Shown here one piece after another: positions 13,740-26,465 of a stretch of 64,000 nucleotides of DNA; position 1 is the first letter of the stretch, and each line of letters opens with the position of its first letter. The DNA lies in assembly GCA_951406725.2 (NCBI GenBank), contig OX597815.1, positions 215,140,001-215,204,000 on the forward strand, given 5' to 3'. The DNA comes from Octopus vulgaris. Taxonomy: Eukaryota. The position numbers and the translations under genes were made by a program. The notes beneath the pieces are model-generated. The model made no database searches, was not told where the DNA came from, and saw only the letters and a program-made list of their open reading frames with translations.

Positions 13740-14881
13740 TGGTGTCAAGAATAGTTTTGGCATTTATACATTTATATATTTATACATTTATACATTTATA
13801 AATTATATATATATATATATCGGAATGCATGTGAACAAACATGTTTCTGCATACAAAGGATATAATAAATGTATGTGTGTGTGTATATATACATATATGT
13901 ATTTATATACATACAAATGTATATACACATATATACATGCATACACGCACATACGCACATGCGCATACATATAAGTGCGTAGAAAGCAGTATATATAAAC
14001 ATTTATTCAATTGTACATATGACTTAACTTCAATATTCATAAGTGTGTGTGTATGTGTGTCTATTTTGATATTCCTTTAATGGAGACAGATTTTCTTTGT
14101 TTATTTAAAAAAGTAGTTTTTTAAACGTTTATTATTAAATGACAAAATGTCCAAATAAACATTTCAAAAGTCAGTTACTTCGTGATTCTACGTGGACTTA
14201 GGTCTCCGAGAAGTCATACAATACTTCACGCCATCTTCTCTCTTTGTCTCTCCCTCTCTGTCTGTCTGTCTCTCTCCCTCTCTCTCTCCCTCTCTCTCTC
14301 TATCTATGTATCTATCTCTCTATCTCTATCCCCCTATCTCTCTCTCCTTATCTCTCTCCCTATCCCTCTAACTATCTAACTTTCTCTCCGTGTCTCTTTC
14401 TCTTTACATGTATCTCATATATGAATATATCTGTGTATGTGTGTGTGTAAGTGTGTTTGTGAGTGTGTATATACACACACACATATATTCATACATGCAT
14501 ACATACATACACACATACACACATAGCTACATACATATATGTGCGTGTGCATGTGTATATGTATGTAAGTACGTACGTACGTATGTATGTACGTATGTAT
14601 GTATGTATGTGTATGTATGTATGTATGTATGTATGTATGTATGTATGTATGTATGTATGTATGTATGGATGGATGGATGGATGGATGGATGGATGGATGC
14701 ATGTATGTATGTATGTATGTACGTACGTATGTATGTATGTATAAATTATTTATTTAGGCTAACCTAGTTTTCTGTTATTCCGGTGTTTCCTCGATGTGTT
14801 GTCGGTTCCTCAAACATGATAAAACGATCTTTTATTTTTCCAGTCGTGGATTCGATCACGTAGCGGGAAAATTCACACACA

Positions 14882-15092
14882 CGAGGGGATGCCATAAGTT
14901 CCTGGCTTTAAGGGTATCGCGAAATATCTGATTGTAGGCTCAACCTTACGAGTTCTTTTATAGGGCTTAAAAAACTGAAAGACCGGTGCAATGAGTGCAT
15001 GAATCTGAGAGAATATGTTAAATAAAATCATAATTAATTGATCCTCCTGTATTTTCCTTTACCCAAAGCAATGAACTATTCAGCACCCCTCG
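14882..15092 (+). mobile_element. Mariner-derived MITE (deletion derivative)
   Basis: Imperfect ~28-bp TIRs CGAGGGG...CCCCTCG. The interior retains a decayed transposase C-terminus (LKDRCNEC..L..EYV*). Confidence 0.75.
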
Positions 15093-15188
<96 letters not shown>

Positions 15189-15190
<2 letters not shown>

Positions 15191-15505
15191 ACAATTGCAT
15201 GAACAGGGTAAACTATCCATATTTGCAGAAAAATTCGTTACCGGCCAGCCATGAGACACGAATTCACATCCCTGTGATTACGCGTCAAGTGCTTTACCTT
15301 TAAGCTAAACTGCCCAGTAATGAACTATTCTGCAATTTTAAGATTTATAACTTTAGCTTTACAAGACGCTAACGTTAAATTCAACTAACGGTGAAAGTAA
15401 ACAATGTTTGCTTTAGAAGCGTTGAGATGTATTGAAAGATACAGAAATAATTTATTCTCAAACGCATGATAATGCTTATACAATAGCATGAACAGGATAA
15501 ACTAT

Positions 15506-15511
<6 letters not shown>
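15189..15511 (-). mobile_element. tRNA-like sequence inside an element with 34-bp terminal direct repeats
   Basis: Repeats 15189-15222 and 15478-15511 (2 mismatches). Minus strand 15314-15243 has TAGCTTAAAGG, a CGT anticodon-like arm and a TTCG T-loop; (TA)n on both sides. Confidence 0.55.
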
Positions 15512-15542
<31 letters not shown>

Positions 15543-15632
15543 CATACATATATGCACACATACATGCATACATACATACATACATACATGCATACATACA
15601 TACATACATACACACACATACATATATATATG

Positions 15633-15672
<40 letters not shown>

Positions 15673-15909
15673 ACCTCCTTAAAGCAGATATATCGTGAAA
15701 AACCTAATAAATTGCGGCATTCGTCCTGAAATTGTATCTCTTACAGACGTACAATGTTAAATAACCGAAAAATATATCAGTGGCAAACAATAAATGTCCA
15801 ATAACTGCTCGACGATTTTCACTTCTGTATAAGTATCTCAAGTAATTAATTAGGCTATTCGGGATTGTTACATATATATATGTATATATACACACACACA
15901 TATATATAC

Positions 15910-16063
<154 letters not shown>

Positions 16064-17969
16064 ATCCCAGCTGTCCGACGAACAGGAACTTGAAACTCTA
16101 AGTAACAGTCTTGTGATAATTTTACAGCTTTAATAAAAGAATAAAAGATGCATGTGTGTGTGTGTGTGTGTGGGTGCGTGCGTGTGTGTGTGTGTGTGTG
16201 TGATTCTTTAATCAACAGAAAATTACAAAAGTGGCTTATATATACATATGTATGTGTGTGTGCTTGTGCGTGTGTATGTTTGTATGTGTATATAATTTCA
16301 TATTATTTGGGTAATAACCTTATAACGTGCTTCGCAAAGCTCGCCTCCGAGAAGGTTGAACAGGCTCTATTACAAATCACTTCAATTGTTACGGGACATC
16401 ATTATCTGCTGAATGTTACATATATTATACACATTATTGTATTAGTATAATTCAACAACAGCAGTGCTTTGGATCCAAGTCACCTGAAGTCGTGCATGCA
16501 TACAGCTATTGCTGGATTATCGATAATGTGTATAGTATGTGTAACATCAAACACTCACCACCTGATATCGACACGCCGAAACATTTGTAGTGATTTGTAA
16601 CATATCCTGTTCATTTCATCTCTTCGCATTAAAATTCTTATATGCGTGTATATGTGTGTGTGTTGTGTGTGTGTGTGTGTGTGTGTGTGTATGAATTTAT
16701 ACATACATACATATATATATGTAAATATGAATTTATCAATATTAACAAATATATACATATATTAACATGTAACAGACAAGACAGGCAAACAGACAGAAGC
16801 AGAAACTGGGACCGGTAAAATATCGCATGAATTCCTCGGAAAGCTAACTTTACGTGGACTCGTAATGTAACAATGTTAGATAACACAATTCATTCAAATT
16901 AATGAGGAAGTCCGCATGATTTACTCGAAATAACAGGTAGATATACCTCAAATCAGACCATATCGTCTTGAAAGTTAAAAATACACCGGATAATTTGGGC
17001 TTAGATAAGGGACCAACTGCTGTAAAGTTTCTAGGAGGAGGTGAAAATTAAAATTGATGACCCCTCATGTGACTTAGGGACGGCGTCAGACGAGGCAGTG
17101 TGCGCGTAAGACCTCTTCACTTTCCGAGAAAATATTGAGTTTAGACCAGTTTCAGAAGCATCTTGAGGCCATGTCATGAATATTTAGACACTCCTTAACT
17201 TAATGTATGATGATTAGGATTTAGTATTAAAACAATTCGCTAATTACTGATCATTAGTTGTCATAACTCATTCAAATGTTGAATCTTATTGCGGACATCT
17301 TGTTAAATTTCATAACTTGATACATTCTTTTTATATAAAAACATTTAAGTGTTAGGTTACATTAAATACTTTTACTACATCATTGTACTTTATATAAGTA
17401 TGAAATTTTGTTTTCTAGGCACAACCGTAAAAACTAACAGAAGTCAAGTTATAACAAAATATATTTAATCTTTGCCCATAGTTTACGTAGATTGCACTAG
17501 TATTAGCCTGAAACTGATATATTATACTAATTAGAAATGCATTTAAATAAACATGTCATTCTTAGGAACAGCAAATATCATATGGAACCGTGCTTCAATC
17601 CAAGATGTATTCATAGTCATTCACGTGATTTATAAACCTAAGGTTTTTTTTCTGAATCATTGCCACAATCATAATATATATAATTAGATATAGATTAAAC
17701 TAGGTTCAATGAATCCCAATAATGCTTAATGAACCTATATGGTGCTGATATAATATTGCTGTGATGTTAAAAACTATTGCATTCAACACCATAAAGATAT
17801 ATTCACAACAATATAAAACTCAAGGTCTTTTTTAAAAAAAAAAACATACGTCTTCATCCTAACTACATTTTATTGAAATATAATACGTATGTATATGATA
17901 CATGTGTAATACAAAACCACATTAAAAACACGAATCTAAAACCTGAAGAAAAATGGAAAAAGAGGAACA

Positions 17970-18009
<40 letters not shown>

Positions 18010-18734
18010 ACATCGATTCAACAAAAAATCATTTAACTCAAGTACCTCAATTATCTTATCTATGGGAGAAAAATATCTCCAAATGCACGTGGTTTCTCTA
18101 GTGAAGGAAAGTATTACAGGCAGATAATGATAGTAATAATATCAGATGGGATTTAAGATTTGAATTTGAAATTAAGGAATGATAAGGATGCATAGAATTC
18201 ACAATGTTTCTTTACTTATTACGAAATTCTTACAATTCCTAGTCGGCGGTATTGATGTGTAGCACTATTTCATTCTTTTTAGAAATCGTCTGGAAGATAT
18301 AACCTGCGACTTATTAATTAAATATTATTTTACGTAAGGCAATTAATTAAATGTGAAAATAATTACAATTATTTCATTAACAGTAATAACTTATTAGTTA
18401 CAAGTGATATTTGGTATTACACTACTAAATAATATATATATGTTTTGAGAATGGAAAATTATCAAATTAGACATTAGTGTGGGGGAAAATTAACATGGAA
18501 TCCAACAGAGGAAAGAATATTAATTGTTAAACATCAAAACTTATCCAGATATTTTATTAACCAATTCAATTACAATCGGGTCGAAGTTGAAGCATTTCTT
18601 GAAAGAACAGTATCTGTCGATTGTGTTTCAAAACTCTCTCAAATTCAACAACAACTATGCTGACCAATTTTTACTCCCAAAGATGATACAACAGAACAAA
18701 TGATGCAATACTTGCAATGTAATACTATTCTATA

Positions 18735-19180
18735 TTATTTGAGATGAGGAATTATGTATATTATCTGCAATGGTCGAATAGGTGTCCTCATCTTGTTTGT
18801 TGTTACCATAACGTTTCGGCTGATGTGCTCTCCAGCCTTCATCAGGTGTTCTGGTAGAATTTCGAATCCAACCCTTTATTTGAATAAGGGGGTACTCTGT
18901 CCTCATTCCTAAGGTATTCTTTTTTGCTGATGTTATTTTTTGTTATCATTTCTCAAGACACTGCTTGGGATTGAACTCAGAAACCGAGGGTTAGTAGTCG
19001 CGGTCTTATCCACTACGCTATATGTACGTGGGCATATTAGTCAAATACAGGGTTGGGTTCGAAATTCCACCAGAACACTTGATGAAGCCTGGAGAGTACA
19101 TCAGCCGAAACGCTGTGGTAACAGCAAACAAGGTGAGGACACCTATCCGTCCATTGTAAATATTGCAATGTAATAGTTTC
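18735..19180 (-). mobile_element. tRNA-headed element with minimal hammerhead and inverted duplicate of its 3' part
   Basis: Minus strand A box TAGCGTAGTGG (19020-19010), B box GAGTTCAATCCC (18978-18967), then CTGATGA-aGGCTG...CAGCC-GAAACGTT (18845-18810). About 18750-18875 is mirrored at ~19050-19180. Confidence 0.65.
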
Positions 19181-19565
19181 AAGCAGGTAGAGAGAAAATC
19201 AGAAATCAGAAATGACTTATTTTGCCCCTCTCCCTAAAGTAATTGGAAACGTTTGACGAATTGGAATATTACAAAATGATGAAAACTATAGACAAAAGAA
19301 AGAAAAAGGTTCGATTTAATGAAAAACATATGGAGATATAGCCAATAATTCTTAAGCCGGAAAAAAATGCTTTTAGCTATTGTGAATTGTAATTTTACAT
19401 CATGGCGACAAGCAAGAAAATTCATTCAAAACGAGGCGAGATATGCACCTTGATTACGGCTGCGTATGCGTAAGGCACGACTAAAGTACAATGAAGGAGA
19501 ATGGTAGCCATATTGGAAATATTTGCTCAGTCACTGTTATTAAAAAAAATATTCATATATATATA

Positions 19566-19601
<36 letters not shown>

Positions 19602-19648
19602 ATATTTCAATATTCGGGTCACCTCATTTAGTGCAGTGAAGGCCACCA

Positions 19649-19682
19649 AAGGCTTCGTGTTCGAATCACGCCGGGGTCACCA
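19649..19682 (+). other. 3' end of tRNA-Trp including CCA (LTR primer-binding site on minus strand, or retro-tRNA fragment)
   Basis: aaggcttcgtgttcgaatcacgccggggtcacca closely matches the eukaryotic tRNA-Trp T arm and acceptor end; the reverse complement begins TGGTGACCCCG. Confidence 0.65.
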
Positions 19683-19882
19683 ATTGAATGAGTTGTCACC
19701 AATATTATATGTTACATGTTCTAAGTGAAATAGGTTTTTAAATGTAACAAAGTTGATTGTCGCGTATTCGAGTGTAATAATGTCCCAATATGACACGGAG
19801 ATAAGTATGTAGAAATAAATGTCAGAAGCATAGTAATTTATTTGGGATTGTTGTCAAGTGCTGAGCAAAGTGAGCGCATATA

Positions 19883-20271
19883 TGTAGGAGTCAGAGGGAA
19901 GCCATGGAAACTTACAATTGCACGAGTAGATTAGAAGTTTGCAGTGGTAAGAGTGTAAGAAAAACCAACAGGCAGTAGCTGGTGGTACGAAGGCTTGTGT
20001 GAAATGTCAAGATCTGTCCGCTGTCGGCTGTGGAGATCTCTCTGCTGACAGTTATGCAGCTTTGTTGGGTGACGGTCGTAGGATCTGTTTGCCGACGGTC
20101 GTAGAGGTGGCGTCGAAGTCTTCTGTTGACTGACTGCCAAGAAGGCGCGCTCTAGCTGTTCTGATGACTGCTGCTTTTATAGGTACACAACCAGCTCTGA
20201 TTGGCTGCCGTTGCCAAAGCAGAACTATTTTAACCCGTGATAACGAAATATGGCTTCCTTGACTCCCTACA
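19883..20271 (-). mobile_element. LTR-like element (TG...CA, ~22-bp inverted termini)
   Basis: tgtaggagtcagagggaagccat ... atggcttccttgactccctaca; minus-strand CCAAT then TATAAAA near 20200 and 20180; no clear TSD. Confidence 0.6.
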
Positions 20272-23200
20272 GATGTTCCATTTCCGTTTTTTTATACAAG
20301 GAATGTTGGCAAAATATTTTCATTAAAAGCTTTACAATATGCAGACACTCATGGCTGTTAGATCATATATCATACTTCAGATCGTATATCCTACTGTCTT
20401 AAATGAATAAAGGACACGTTAGGTAATGTAAACCAAACATAATCCTGAAAAGACAGGATGGTCACGGTTGAAATTCCTCGGACAAATAACAATAGCGGCA
20501 ACAACAAGAGTAACAACAACAGCAACAACAACTATAGTATCAAGAACAACAGCAGCAACAACTGTTGTAAGAGGGGTACCTCGGAAGGAACAAAAGTTAC
20601 ATAAGAGATTAGCTGTTCAGCTTATGTGTAAAATTACATTCAAAGTCATTTATGGAGAGCTGATTTGAAACTTACTTCTCTTAAAGCTTATAAATTCAAC
20701 GTTTTACTTCTAATCATTGGCACTTGGTTTCGTTATTAAATATTATTTCTTTTGAAGAAAGAGGACTGAGGTAATAAAAATACACCGCTTAATTTATAAT
20801 TTAAATTCTCCATTCTAGAAGCGGAACAATGAAATATGTAAGGTTTCTTTAAATTTTAGCATGTAACTCTGTAAAGTTACTGATGTCAAAATTTCAATAA
20901 TGAAATATTTTTTCTTTGTTATAGCTCATTCCTTCTATGGGCAAATAAAAAAATGTAAAAGAAGAGTTCCCAAGTCACAAAAACCTGTGTATATAGTTAT
21001 GGTGCTAGTGAGATTTGGGAATGTATAATTGTAATTTAAATGTTTCTCTCATCCTCTTATATTCCCAGAGACATTCCTGCTGTGTTACATGCACAATACA
21101 TCAGAAACGTTCTTTCCATTTTTTTTAAAGCTGTTTGCAACTCTCATATAGAAAGTCTACTGCAGAATGCTTAAATCAATGCATTCTGGTTGTTCTTTTT
21201 GTTGAGACCGTTGTTGTTCAGCTCCTGCTGTGCGCTTATCAAGAAAATCTATCCATGATCAAAGGTGTTCTAGTAACGTCTATTCTGTCTTTTTTCCCAC
21301 AAGATAGTCATTGTATCTTGGCATTTAGAATTCGATGCGAGTGGAAGGCAGGCTAATTGCCCAACCTGGATCAGACTATCTAACAGGGTATGAAGCAAAG
21401 GACCCAGGAATGTTGGGAGTTTCACTTCTTTGCTTGATTCAGTAATATAGCAAATTACTCGAAATAAACTAATGTCTCAAGAGGCTAAGATCAAAGGTTC
21501 ACTGTGAGCAATAACAGTATGGAGTGAGTCACATAACATGAGCTAACATGATCAAAAACTCTCAGGTCATATCAGTTCGCTCACAGCTGATCAATCGACC
21601 TGTTACAAACAATTCACTTCCACTTTTGTGCAAGGCTCTATTAGCACAAGTCTGCATCTCTTCTATGTTGGATCCAGTTATTTATCTTTTTAGAAGTCAA
21701 TACAAAAAGGTAAGGAATTTTTAAAGTATTAAAAAAATATTGATGTAATTTTTGATGCTGTAATGCGATTTGATATTAAGAGTCTGTTTTACAACGTTGT
21801 GATTGTGCAAGATGTTTTCACTATACAAGGAGTTCGACATTTTAGGTCTAGTTGCTATATTGACATTGCATTGTAATACGTTGATCCTGCTTGCATCATA
21901 CCGAGATATTAAATCAGGTTGCTATTTTTACTTTGTTATGATTTGTTTTGAAAAGGTGAGAAATTTTTTCTTCATCGATAGAAGCAACCCAGAACACGTA
22001 GCGTAACCAAGAAAGACTGTGAGACTGAAATACTGGAACAGCCATGTGTACCCTACCGGGTTTAACTTGATAGATTTTTCGGTCAAAGAAATCGAGACGC
22101 CAAAGAAATCAAGAACTTCGTGGTTAGCAACCTAACTCCTCTAAACGACTCAAACGACTCGGGTTAAAAAATCTGTTTGGCACCTACGATTTTATATGAA
22201 GCTCATATTTTACATAGCTTCACATAAATATTAGTGTCATGATACTGCGAAGTTAGATAAATTCGTTATTTTTATATTACTTGCAGTTTTCTTAAGAACT
22301 AACAACAACTTTCTGAAAATAAAAAAATTTTTAAAAAAACGTTTGGGGAAAATCATTATACTGAAATATATATTTGTTTATTTACTTTGATGTAAAAACT
22401 AATGCTTTCAATAAATTGGGTATTTTAGAAACAACCATTTATATTTCTTAACCTACGACTATAGTTCTTTGACAGTCAATTTTATCTTCTGTCCTTTCTG
22501 AGTCGATAAGATAAAATACTAGTGGAAGGATTTGGATTAGCGGAATTGTTAAAGCATCGAACAAGATGCCTTGCGTCTCGAGTTTATGACTGGTAAATTT
22601 AGTCCATCATTTGGTTTAACACCAACACCAGGACATTAGGTTATAAACATTTGGGTCAAATCTCCGGTTTGAGGATAGCTTAGGTCCTCTCGTCCACTAG
22701 TATCGGAGGTCCTAACCGATCAAAGATCAAGGACGTTAATCAGTCAGAAATTTACTTTCGGGAAATGGAAATGATGTCTAAATTGGGGCAAAATGAGTAA
22801 TGACTAATTTCAATAATGGTGGAGTTTCTTTTTGTTGCTTACATCTCAACAATGTACCACGTGTGTGTTACTTCCGCATCACCATTCCATAAAATGTGCT
22901 TATAGAAAGAAAGTTATTGAAAATATCAATACAAGTAACAGCGACAGAGAAACGAGGAAGGTGATAGTGGAATGTGCTAGAAACAACAGCTAAATCTCCT
23001 TAAACCACACACCTTTTCGTTTGAAAATATTTACAATTTTTTTTACCGAAAAGGCTTCTCTCATGGTTATAAAATTTAAATGATAGCATCTTTGTTTCGG
23101 GTGAGCCCCCTTAGTCTCCTGGCAACTAAAATTTTTAGACCCAGTCCGCTACTGCTTGTGAGTAAGTGTGTGTGTGCATGTGTGTATGTGCGTATGTGTG

Positions 23201-23959
23201 ATATTCTGAGATATCAAATCTATACCATACGTTACTTGCAGCTCTCTTATTCACTTTATGGAGTGTCTCTGTCAGCTTCACAGCATACATAATGAATAAA
23301 TAATAACATTGGAATTTGCGTGTACTCATATTACCAGCTTTGCTAATGGGGGTCGTGTTTCGGTTAGTATTTAAAACACTTTTGTAGGTATTCAGAAATA
23401 TAAATACAAATGACAGAGTGAAATTATTTCTGAAAAATTATAAATCATAACTGAGCTGTTGTGTTAGCTTAATAGGGAAAATTTCCTCGAAACTGATCTA
23501 CTCTGCATTTCAACTTGATTTTGAGAAACCGAGCCAACGAGATAATCTCTAATTGTGAGCTTGAATTACTAGAAATGGCAGTTAAATCTCTTTCAACTAA
23601 CACCCTATCTCTACTTAAAAAGGGATGGACTGATAAGAAAAGGCCATTCTAGAAGCCCTGAATGTGAAAAGAGGCAAGATGGTTACGTCAAAAATGCTTT
23701 TGATAAAACGTCTGCTCAGTCAGACGATATGAACAGTATAGTGATCCAACAGTTACTATTTTACATTTACTTCATCAGGAATTCTCCAGATAAATTTCTA
23801 GGGTTTAATGTAAGCGTCGGCAACCTAAACCAGGCTGCGGACCACTGGGCCACGACTAGGCCACCTTGTGAGCCGCACCCCCTTCCAACCCCAAAAAATA
23901 ACAAACACACAAAATCAATGATATTAAATGTAAATTGAACCATTATTAAGAACCTTTAT

Positions 23960-24400
23960 TAACCCGAAATCACACACCCATGCGGGATCCTCGAACTGAG
24001 GGACAGGATTGCCCTTCTCTCGCCCTAGAAAGACGCCAGCTCATCCCTCAGGTTGAAGACTCTCTCCAGCATCTGTCCCCGGCTGAGCCAACGGACCTCG
24101 CAGAAGTAGATCAGGTCGCCGAACTCTGCCTCAGCGTCATCCAAGAGAACGCGGAACTGTCTGTGGTTGAGAGCACGGGTGCAAAACAAAGTTCACAACC
24201 CTGACGACGACAGTCATGACCTCCTGCTGGTGTTCAAAGCTACGCAGATACTTCAAAAGAAGCGTCGCAAAAGCCCTTCTTGTCCCCGACCATGGCGGGC
24301 GCTCTGTCAATCGTGATGCCGCACATGCGAGAGAGGACCAGGTCGGCCTCCTTCAGCCAGTCTGTGACTGCCTTGCACACACACGTCGGCGCCAGTGGTT
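23960..24400 (-). mobile_element. hAT (Charlie/SPIN, GTF2IRD2-like) transposase fragment, frameshifted
   Basis: Manual minus-strand translation gives GITIDRAPAMVG...ALNHRQFRVLLDDAEAEFGDLIYFCEVRWLSRGQMLERVFNLRDEL. Confidence 0.85.
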
Positions 24401-24411
24401 TGTGATCAATC

Positions 24412-24545
24412 TATATTTTGTATGTTTTCATTTGTCTTGCTCGATTACGTTCTGACGTTTGCTAAATTTTTCTTGAGAACATTCCTTTCTTAGTGGTAAG
24501 ATCATAGCGCATCTTCTTCTAGCATAATGGATGTCCACTTACAGG
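24412..24545 (+). mobile_element. Diverged 3' fragment of the 1290-2105 family
   Basis: ttttcatttgtcttgc...gagaacattc...cttctagcat...tgtccac aligns by eye to ~1960-2085 and ends near (TA)n. Confidence 0.6.
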
Positions 24546-24560
24546 TCATCCTTTTTATAT

Positions 24561-24610
<50 letters not shown>

Positions 24611-25334
24611 TTAAGGGGAATTTGACTGCTATTTCTAACGTTTTATCGACCGAATCGTGGTTCCTTCACCTACCTGCGTCTTTCTGGTTGGCTGGGTGGA
24701 GGGGAGTGTTCCGTTCCTTCTAGACTTGGTCGAAGTTATTAGAAGAGAACTGAAAGCAATAATAATGCATTTTTTACTGTTCGTTTTAATTTAACAATTG
24801 TCTTTTCCAAATCAAAGTTTCAAAAAAAAAAGCATCCTTGTTGAAGCTTAAAACATTATTCTTTGGATATTCCCTTCATTTCCTACTTGATATTCATTAC
24901 AAAAGTGTTTAGGCGAAAGTGCAATGCACCAACAAAGCATAACATATGCGCCAACATAATTTAACGGATAAATCTGATGGCTTTTCCCCCTCTATTTGTT
25001 TCTCTCACTCTCTAACTCTATTTCACTCATTCTCTTTCTCCCTCTCCCTCCCCCTCTCCCCCTCTCTCTCTCTTCCTTTCTCTCTATTGATTTCAGTCTT
25101 AAGTCTTCTTATTTTTCGTCACTTATTTGTGGGATGATCGACCATTCAATTCAGTTTTGGGCAGTTTTCTCGAACAACAGCCACATGCGAAGGTTAAAAA
25201 CAATAGATTGCCTGAATGTCATTTTTCTAAATTACTTCCTCTTGTTTTCTGAATTCTATATAATTAATCTTCCCGAAATTATGACCCTCGGCTGGAAATT
25301 ACATACATACATACATACATGCATACACACACAC

Positions 25335-25380
<46 letters not shown>

Positions 25381-25807
25381 CATCGAATTATGCGATTCCT
25401 TTGCGCGGATTACGTAAAATGAAATTGCGCAATTAATAAGCTGAGATTCAATAAATGTAAAAAAAAAAACACGATAAAATATTCGAACTTTCTAAGGCTA
25501 CTGAAACGCCTTGAAACCAAAATTTTAAAAATAAGTCAATAAATGAAAATAAAAATAAACGGGTTTTCTAATAAGCGCAGTTTCTTATAAACTGCATACT
25601 TCTCCTCAATCATATGAGAACACCAAGATTATACATCTAAAATAAATACCATGACCGTTGCTGCTAGCCAGCTCTAACATTAGAATTTGTTATAAGCACC
25701 CAACAACGATTAATGGAAACTGCATTGTACTCGGGAATTTTGAATTATAATTGAAATTGTGAAATTTTGAATTATAATTGAAATTGTATAGATTCGTCTC
25801 TAACTAC

Positions 25808-26412
25808 CGATGAGGCTTTATATAGCTATGATGCGGCCTCACCTGGAATTTGCATCACTGGTCTGGAACCCCTATCTTGCCCAGGATATTAATCGTCTGG
25901 AAACCGTTCAGCGACGGGCAACCAAGAGAATAACCTCCATCAGGCATTTGCCATATTCTGAACGCCTTACTTCCCTGGGCATGGATACATTGAAACTCCG
26001 ACGTATGGCAGCTGGCTTGGCAGACACCCATAAAATTATTAACCATCTTACTAACAATAACTCTTAGCACCTTTTCAAACTCCACTTGTCTAACACCCGT
26101 GGACATGTTTACAAAGTCAGAATACAGCACAGCTCCCATGACTTTTGGAAACATTTTTTCACGCTAAGAGTTGCTGAAGCATGGAACAAACTACCGGCAT
26201 CAGTTGTTAGTTGTCGGAGCACTGCATCCTTCAAAACCTCCATGCTTCCTGAGATTCGCCAACACTACACCTGATTTTCTCCCCTCCATACACACGCAAG
26301 CATCTATCTGACTCATACACTGTTCACTTCCCAGACATTTGTACATTACTGCATATGCTTTATACGCACTTTTGACAAGTTGTGGTGCACCTGAGCACTG
26401 TATACAATAATT

Positions 26413-26463
<51 letters not shown>
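25808..26463 (+). mobile_element. CR1-clade LINE 3' fragment
   Basis: RPHLEFASLVWNP, LETVQRRATK, TRGH, FFTLRVAEAWNKLP; in-frame stop; 3' UTR and (TTA)n tail. Confidence 0.9.

Positions 26464-26465
<2 letters not shown>

Noticed and set aside
18960-19027. Functional tRNA gene (also 15243-15314 and SINE heads)
   Set aside because: Mismatched stems and embedding in repeats indicate tRNA-derived element heads.
21750-22150. Possible piggyBac-like MITE ending GGG-TTAA
   Set aside because: No matching left terminus found.
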